From a virus (Duplodnaviria > Caudoviricetes): a stretch of DNA of 28,513 nt. Below the pieces are notes generated by a model. It saw only the letters and a list, made by a program, of their open reading frames with translations. It made no database searches and was not told the origin of the DNA. This document shows, piece after piece, positions 24,341 through 28,513 of the stretch. Numbering within the stretch: position 1 is the first letter of the stretch; the number at the start of each line of letters is the position of its first letter. The DNA is taken from positions 1-28,513 of the IMG/VR virus record IMGVR_UViG_3300027785_000107; one strand, written 5' to 3'. The translations under genes were made by a program, and so were the position numbers.

Positions 24341-24383
24341 ATCATGCCACATAATGGTTTATTTTCAACATCACGGAACCATT
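24341..24383 (-). promoter_or_regulatory. Promoter for the HTH-replication operon with an overlapping inverted repeat
   Basis: TTGAAA (24368-24363), 16 nt, CATGAT (24346-24341), preceded by TGTGG. Inverted repeat AATGGTT (24353-24359) / AACCATT (24377-24383). Confidence 0.55.
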
Positions 24384-24399
24384 TATACGCAGTTTCGTT

Positions 24400-24684
24400 T
24401 CAATGCATCCGCGTGACTGTATAGGTGCCGTCGCCCTTGGTACGGATGCTTCCGCACATGCCCTTGACGTACAGACCGGACACTTTGGCCTTGGCCTCCC
24501 GCAGCGTCTGGAAGGTCCTCACCTCGCCGATCTTCCACTGGCGCAGTTCGCTCCAGCCTCTGCCCTGACCGGGGTCGATGCGGGTTGCCCCTAGCTGCTG
24601 CCAGCGGGCCTTCTCGGCTTCGGTTGGCTGGCGGCGGGGGTGAGTGCCAGGGTCGCCCATGAGGAGTGCGGTCAGGTCCCTCAT
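24400..24684 (-). CDS. Hypothetical protein, 94 aa
   Basis: ATGA-coupled, begins 'DLTALLMGDP'. Confidence 0.6.
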   Translation of the reverse strand: MRDLTALLMGDPGTHPRRQPTEAEKARWQQLGATRIDPGQGRGWSELRQWKIGEVRTFQTLREAKAKVSGLYVKGMCGSIRTKGDGTYTVTRMH

Positions 24685-24965
24685 GCGCGCACCATCAAGT
24701 GCTGAACGCGGGGCGCAATTGAGGGCGTATTTATCGGGGCTTTAGGGTCACGGTTGGGCAAACCACCGACCATGTTTGACCGGACGCTGTAGATATGGCT
24801 CCCGCTTGGGTAGGACTCGCCAAGTTCCGACAGGCCGTAGACTTCGGTCTGCACGGTGTAGCCGCGAGCGAACCAATAGTTGCGGATCTTCATGGCAAGG
24901 AACTCGCTGTCTTCCCTAGACGCCGTCCACATTTTCGTCGGTAACATTGATTGAGTGCCGCCCAT
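24681..24965 (-). CDS. Hypothetical protein, 94 aa
   Basis: Coupled ORF with 'KIRNYWFARGY...VRSNMVGGLP'. Confidence 0.6.
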   Translation of the reverse strand: MGGTQSMLPTKMWTASREDSEFLAMKIRNYWFARGYTVQTEVYGLSELGESYPSGSHIYSVRSNMVGGLPNRDPKAPINTPSIAPRVQHLMVRA

Positions 24966-25327
24966 TAGAGGCTCCTTATTTCGACGCGAACGTCGCGGTT
25001 GTTGAGGGATGGGAGATCTGTTTCGTAAGCCCAGCGCGCGTGCAGTGCGTGGACCTGGTTGTCGTCTTCGATGACTTGGCCCAACTGCAGGGCGTCAAGG
25101 ATCGGCTTGATGTTGTTGTCTAGGTCGCGCAGCTTGTGCGCGCGCTTGATGATGACAATGACCTCGACGGGGTGGTCGAACTTCTGCCCCTTGCGCGCTG
25201 CCATGACTTCGACAGCGGCTGCAGACTTCCACGCCTTGTATTCGGCGCTTGCGTGCATTCCGAATGGGCCTTTGCGCCACATGCGGTTGGTGCTGGGGGG
25301 CATGTCGAGAAGGACTGAAGCAAACAT
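24965..25327 (-). CDS. rusA: RusA-family Holliday junction resolvase, 120 aa
   Basis: 'PPSTNRMWR', 'RDLDNNIKPILDAL' and 'IEDDNQV' carry the catalytic Asp/Lys motifs. Confidence 0.9.
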   Translation of the reverse strand: MFASVLLDMPPSTNRMWRKGPFGMHASAEYKAWKSAAAVEVMAARKGQKFDHPVEVIVIIKRAHKLRDLDNNIKPILDALQLGQVIEDDNQVHALHARWAYETDLPSLNNRDVRVEIRSL

Positions 25328-25337
25328 GGATCACCAG

Positions 25338-25366
25338 AGAAAAGGGGGTGAGCCGAAGCCCACCCC
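25338..25366 (-). terminator. Intrinsic terminator of the first leftward early transcript
   Basis: Minus strand GGGGTGGGC-TTCG-GCTCACCCC-CTTTTCT (cUUCGg loop). Confidence 0.8.
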
Positions 25367-25409
25367 AGTTGACCCCGCGCCAAGGGGACAAGAGGCGCGA
25401 GGGGAAACG

Positions 25410-25700
25410 CTACATCCCGGCCTTCTTGGCGATCTGAGCCGCCTTCAGGTCTATCGGGGCTTCTGTCGGCAGCGGCTCACGAATGGCCGGTGCAGGAGCG
25501 CGTGGGATCACATTCCTGACCTTCGCAATGCACATGCGGTGGTAAGCCAGGATGTCATCAATGATGCGCTCGCGGACTGAGTGGTCACCCATTCCCGACA
25601 GCGGATTGTTTTCGTGGAGGGCGAAGATCGCCTCCACTTCGTGCTTGCTGAAGTCTGCTGTTTCCGCGCGCTTGCGGAACATGTCAGTCCATTTTGCCAT
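25410..25700 (-). CDS. Hypothetical protein, 96 aa
   Basis: SD GGAGAGG, short overlap with the upstream gene. Confidence 0.6.
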   Translation of the reverse strand: MAKWTDMFRKRAETADFSKHEVEAIFALHENNPLSGMGDHSVRERIIDDILAYHRMCIAKVRNVIPRAPAPAIREPLPTEAPIDLKAAQIAKKAGM

Positions 25701-26109
25701 TGGTAGCCTCTCCTTCTGTTGCAGTCCCCACCACTCGCCACTTCATTGCGGCGGCGAATTTCTTGTATTGGTCGACACGGCCTGAGCGCGGCGGAACACC
25801 GCTCACCATCAAGGCGTGGACAATTGTGCTGTGGTCGCGGTTGAAGATGCGACCGAGACGCGGAAAGCTCATGTCTGGGTAAGCAGCAGCGACTGCAGTT
25901 ATGGCTGCAAAGCGGGCGCGGCACACATCACGGGGACGGGCGCGGGACATGATGGCTTCGTAGGTGACGCCGTTAACCTTCGCTGCGTTAGCGATGATGG
26001 ATTTGATGTGCGAGCGTTTAGTGTGCAACGCATCCGTCAATGGCGCGTTATCGTTTCCGGCACCCTGCGGCTGCTCGTCAGCAAATACTGCATCTTGTGT
26101 GCGGTCCAT
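25684..26109 (-). CDS. Stand-alone DnaA C-terminal (domain IV) HTH protein, 141 aa
   Basis: 'CRARFAAI...MSFPRLGRIFNRDHSTIVHAL', the RDHxT signature. No AAA+ domain. Confidence 0.85.
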   Translation of the reverse strand: MDRTQDAVFADEQPQGAGNDNAPLTDALHTKRSHIKSIIANAAKVNGVTYEAIMSRARPRDVCRARFAAITAVAAAYPDMSFPRLGRIFNRDHSTIVHALMVSGVPPRSGRVDQYKKFAAAMKWRVVGTATEGEATNGKMD

Positions 26110-26123
26110 TTCTTTCCCCTAGA

Positions 26124-26306
26124 TTAAGCTGGTTGTTTCGTCGTGTCTGCTAGTTGCTTCAGAAGCAGCAAGGCGGGTCCGTTCGGAACCCGTTCCCCTG
26201 TCTCCCAATGGCACACCAGGGACCTGTGCACGCACAAGGTGCGGGCCAGTTCCGCCTGTGTTAGACCCAATTGCAGCCGAAGCCGCTTTATCTGTGTTTT
26301 TGTCAT
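26124..26306 (-). CDS. Cro-like XRE HTH protein, 60 aa
   Basis: 'IKRLRLQLGLTQAELARTLCVHRSLVCHWETGERVP'. First gene of the leftward arm. Confidence 0.88.
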   Translation of the reverse strand: MTKTQIKRLRLQLGLTQAELARTLCVHRSLVCHWETGERVPNGPALLLLKQLADTTKQPA

Positions 26307-26312
26307 GTCCGC

Positions 26313-26341
26313 ACGCTAACCAAGAAAAAAGACCGTGTCAA
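26313..26341 (-). promoter_or_regulatory. Leftward early promoter
   Basis: TTGACA (26341-26336), 17 nt, TAGCGT (26318-26313). Confidence 0.7.
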
Positions 26342-26354
26342 CATCAAATAGTTG

Positions 26355-26383
26355 TTGACGGCGTAACGTGGGTCGCTTATCTT
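26355..26383 (+). promoter_or_regulatory. Rightward early promoter
   Basis: TTGACG (26355-26360), 17 nt, TATCTT (26378-26383), with SD GGGAGGA downstream. Confidence 0.75.
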
Positions 26384-26411
26384 CACCATACCAAAGAGGG
26401 AGGAACTACAC

Positions 26412-26615
26412 ATGACGACATTGGAAGGACGGGTCTACACCGGCGCAAAGCGTTACACGCTTTCCAACGGTATGCAGGCGGTTCGCATGGCGAACGGCAA
26501 ATTCAGGGTCTTTGACAACAAAGGCTCTGACGTTTGGGACGCTGGCGATACCGGCATTGAACTGAAGACCTTGCGCGAATGCAGGGCGGCTGTTGCGGGC
26601 GGGGTGGTGTCATGA
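26412..26615 (+). CDS. Hypothetical early protein, 67 aa
   Basis: Strong SD, first gene after the rightward promoter. Confidence 0.75.
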   Translation: MTTLEGRVYTGAKRYTLSNGMQAVRMANGKFRVFDNKGSDVWDAGDTGIELKTLRECRAAVAGGVVS

Positions 26616-26791
26616 GCATCACACCAACCCAGGCTTCGGCCATTGCAGTGACCTGCGCCATTGTTTTCGGCTGCATGATCGTAAGCTTCAATCTCGGTCG
26701 CTACGACGCCGCCGTGAAGATCCGCAGCGCATGTGATGTCGAGACACGGCATCACCTGAAAGCTGGTTATTACACGCTGGTGCGCGAATGA
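26612..26791 (+). CDS. Small predicted membrane protein, 59 aa
   Basis: ATGA overlap and hydrophobic stretch 'AIAVTCAIVFGCMIVSFNL'. Confidence 0.65.
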   Translation: MSITPTQASAIAVTCAIVFGCMIVSFNLGRYDAAVKIRSACDVETRHHLKAGYYTLVRE

Positions 26792-26988
26792 GCATTCTCG
26801 CACGAGCCGAAGCGGCTGCAACTGACCCGTTTCTGATCAACATGCGTCGGGAACTGGCGGAACTCACCGCAGCACATGAGCAAGCCGAAGATGGCGTCTA
26901 CAAGGACGCAGTGTGGCGCGGCCTGATCCTCACCCGCTGCAAGTACGAAGATGCCCTGCGCGAACTTGTGAAGGGGTCGCTGGTATGA
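26788..26988 (+). CDS. Hypothetical protein, 66 aa
   Basis: ATGA overlaps at both ends. Confidence 0.65.
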   Translation: MSILARAEAAATDPFLINMRRELAELTAAHEQAEDGVYKDAVWRGLILTRCKYEDALRELVKGSLV

Positions 26989-27230
26989 CCTACAAGACCA
27001 CATACGCATGGGAAGGCGACGGGTATGACCCCGAAGCCGACCCCGTTGACCTCTGGCAGCGCCAGCTTACGGACCTCAAGGCCAAGCGCGTCGAGCGTGA
27101 CAAGCGGGCGGAGTATCTCAGCCGCCCATTCTGCGCGCTGGAGGGTTGCAAGCACCGTCAGAACGCTACGGGGCCGCTCTGCACCATGCACCTGATCGAG
27201 TCATTCGAATTCGGCGGAGGCAAGCTGTGA
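26985..27230 (+). CDS. Hypothetical protein with a C-x4-C...CxxH zinc-finger-like end, 81 aa
   Basis: ATGA overlap at 26985 and 'CALEGCK...GPLCTMH'. Confidence 0.65.
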   Translation: MTYKTTYAWEGDGYDPEADPVDLWQRQLTDLKAKRVERDKRAEYLSRPFCALEGCKHRQNATGPLCTMHLIESFEFGGGKL

Positions 27231-27442
27231 GCAACGTCAAACAATTCCCATCCAGCCCGCGCATGTCGCTGTTTCTGGCCGAAGAACAGGCCAAGTCCGA
27301 CATCCGCCAGGAACTCGGCGCATGTGTTGGGCTGCTTCACGGCAACCCCACAAACGCGGACCTGTTCGAAGTCATGACGCGGCTCAAGGCTGCGTCATTC
27401 TTGGTCGATGCGATGATTGGCATTCGGGAGGCGTGCAAGTGA
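27227..27442 (+). CDS. Hypothetical protein, 71 aa
   Basis: GTGA overlap and SD GGAGG. Confidence 0.6.
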   Translation: MSNVKQFPSSPRMSLFLAEEQAKSDIRQELGACVGLLHGNPTNADLFEVMTRLKAASFLVDAMIGIREACK

Positions 27443-27783
27443 AGCGGCCCGCCATCACCCCGGCCATGCGCTTGCAAGTCCTCAAACTGTTCGGGGCTGT
27501 AGTTCTCTGCCAGCTTTGCGGTGGCAGCGTCTACATCGCAGACGCAGAGATCGACCACCATCAGGCGCTGATAGACGGCGGGTCGCATGACTTCCAGACA
27601 AACATGCGGCCCGTGTGCAGGCCCTGTCACGCTGAGAAGTCAGCGGTGGAACACAAGAACAACGCCAAAGCGAAACGCTTGGCGACGAAACACAGCCAGC
27701 CGAAACAGCCAGGCACCATCAAGAGCCGGGGCTTTCAGGGTAGCAGGAAATTCAACGGCGAAATCAATTGGAGGGCAAAATGA
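27439..27783 (+). CDS. Small HNH endonuclease, 114 aa
   Basis: 'CQLCGG...EIDHHQALIDGGSH...NMRPVCRPCHAEKS'. GTG start with SD GGAGG. Confidence 0.85.
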   Translation: MKRPAITPAMRLQVLKLFGAVVLCQLCGGSVYIADAEIDHHQALIDGGSHDFQTNMRPVCRPCHAEKSAVEHKNNAKAKRLATKHSQPKQPGTIKSRGFQGSRKFNGEINWRAK

Positions 27784-28025
27784 GCGACCAAGTTATCGCA
27801 GAGATTGAGCGCAGCGTTGACGACTTCAGCGAGCGCGCGGGTGAACAGGTAATGGCCATCTATGCTGGCAACGGCATGTGGTTGGTGTCTGCCCATCGCA
27901 TGGGGCTTCGCATTCAGAGCGCTGACCCGATGGCAGCGCTGCGGGAGTTCGAAGCCCGCTTGCAGAAGATCGAAGAAGGCCCGCGCCTCCTCGCACAGAC
28001 ACTTGGCTTGGAGGCAGCAGAATGA
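27780..28025 (+). CDS. Hypothetical protein, 81 aa
   Basis: ATGA overlap and SD GGAGG. Confidence 0.65.
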   Translation: MSDQVIAEIERSVDDFSERAGEQVMAIYAGNGMWLVSAHRMGLRIQSADPMAALREFEARLQKIEEGPRLLAQTLGLEAAE

Positions 28026-28513
28026 GCGACATTTTCGAACAACTCGCGGCCCCGTTTGATCCGTCTGAGGTTGATTGGCGCGTTGGGTCCACGACGAAGG
28101 ACAAGGCCAAGGGCATGGCTCTGGCTTACATTGACGCCAGGACGGTCATGGACAGGCTTGACGCCGTGTGCGGTCCCGCTGGCTGGCAAAACAAGTACGT
28201 CATGGAGGGTTCCAAGACTGTCTGCGAGATCGGCATTCTGTGCGGGGATACTTGGGTCTGGAAGGCTGACGGGGCCGGGGACAGCGACGTGGAAGCCGAG
28301 AAGGGCGCACTGTCTGATGCGTTCAAGCGGGCAGCGGTTCGCTGGGGCGTGGGGAGGTATTTGTATAACCTCAAGTCCCCTTGGGTTGCTCTCAAGGCGT
28401 TTGGCAACTCATACGCCATAGCTGACGAAGCCAAGCCCCAGCTTGATGCGCTGCTGCGTGGCAACATGCCGAAGCCACCAGCGCCACCAGCGCCACCACC
28501 ATCACCCAAGCAA
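28022..28513 (+). CDS. sak: Rad52/Rad22-family (Sak-like) ssDNA-annealing recombinase, partial
   Basis: Not in the ORF track. Hand translation gives MSDIFEQLAAPFDPSEVDWRVG...LAYIDARTVMDRLDAVCGPAGWQ...EKGALSDAFKRAAVRWGVGRYLY, open to the window end. Confidence 0.9.
   Translation, partial: MSDIFEQLAAPFDPSEVDWRVGSTTKDKAKGMALAYIDARTVMDRLDAVCGPAGWQNKYVMEGSKTVCEIGILCGDTWVWKADGAGDSDVEAEKGALSDAFKRAAVRWGVGRYLYNLKSPWVALKAFGNSYAIADEAKPQLDALLRGNMPKPPAPPAPPPSPKQ

Noticed and set aside
28056-28509. ORF-track calls 28056..28421 (+) and 28126..28509 (-)
   Set aside because: They are out-of-frame and antisense shadows of the Sak/Rad52 gene starting at 28022.
1-28513. Alternative genetic code or stop-codon reassignment
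   Set aside because: TAA, TAG and TGA all terminate genes at sensible coupled junctions, and core genes are full length in code 11.

Overview
The whole window is a tailed-phage genome segment: a short-tailed, P22-like podovirus layout with lambdoid early and late control. It is GC-rich and probably infects an alphaproteobacterium, inferred from a stand-alone DnaA-C protein and a DUF6456/GafZ-like regulator. A divergent promoter pair at ~26.3 kb splits it into two arms. The rightward arm has small translationally coupled genes, an HNH protein and a Rad52/Sak recombinase that runs off the edge. The long leftward arm runs Cro-like HTH, DnaA-C protein, RusA, HTH, replication initiator and loader, DUF1508 protein, late regulator, then a pR'/tR'-like promoter and terminator. 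It continues with a fibre/needle protein, terS, terL, portal, a ~5 kb inserted block of unexplained structural-like genes, scaffold, major capsid, decoration protein, adaptor, tail hub, a 2OG-Fe(II) hydroxylase plus GNAT pair, and three ejection proteins (the last runs off the left edge). I saw no integrase, CI repressor, lysis genes, tRNA or CRISPR. The most interesting unexplained signals are several structured non-coding RNA candidates, a T9 slippery tract at a domain boundary in the fibre gene, the portal-scaffold insert, and the modification-enzyme pair in the ejection module. All family assignments come from motif recognition by eye, not database searches.
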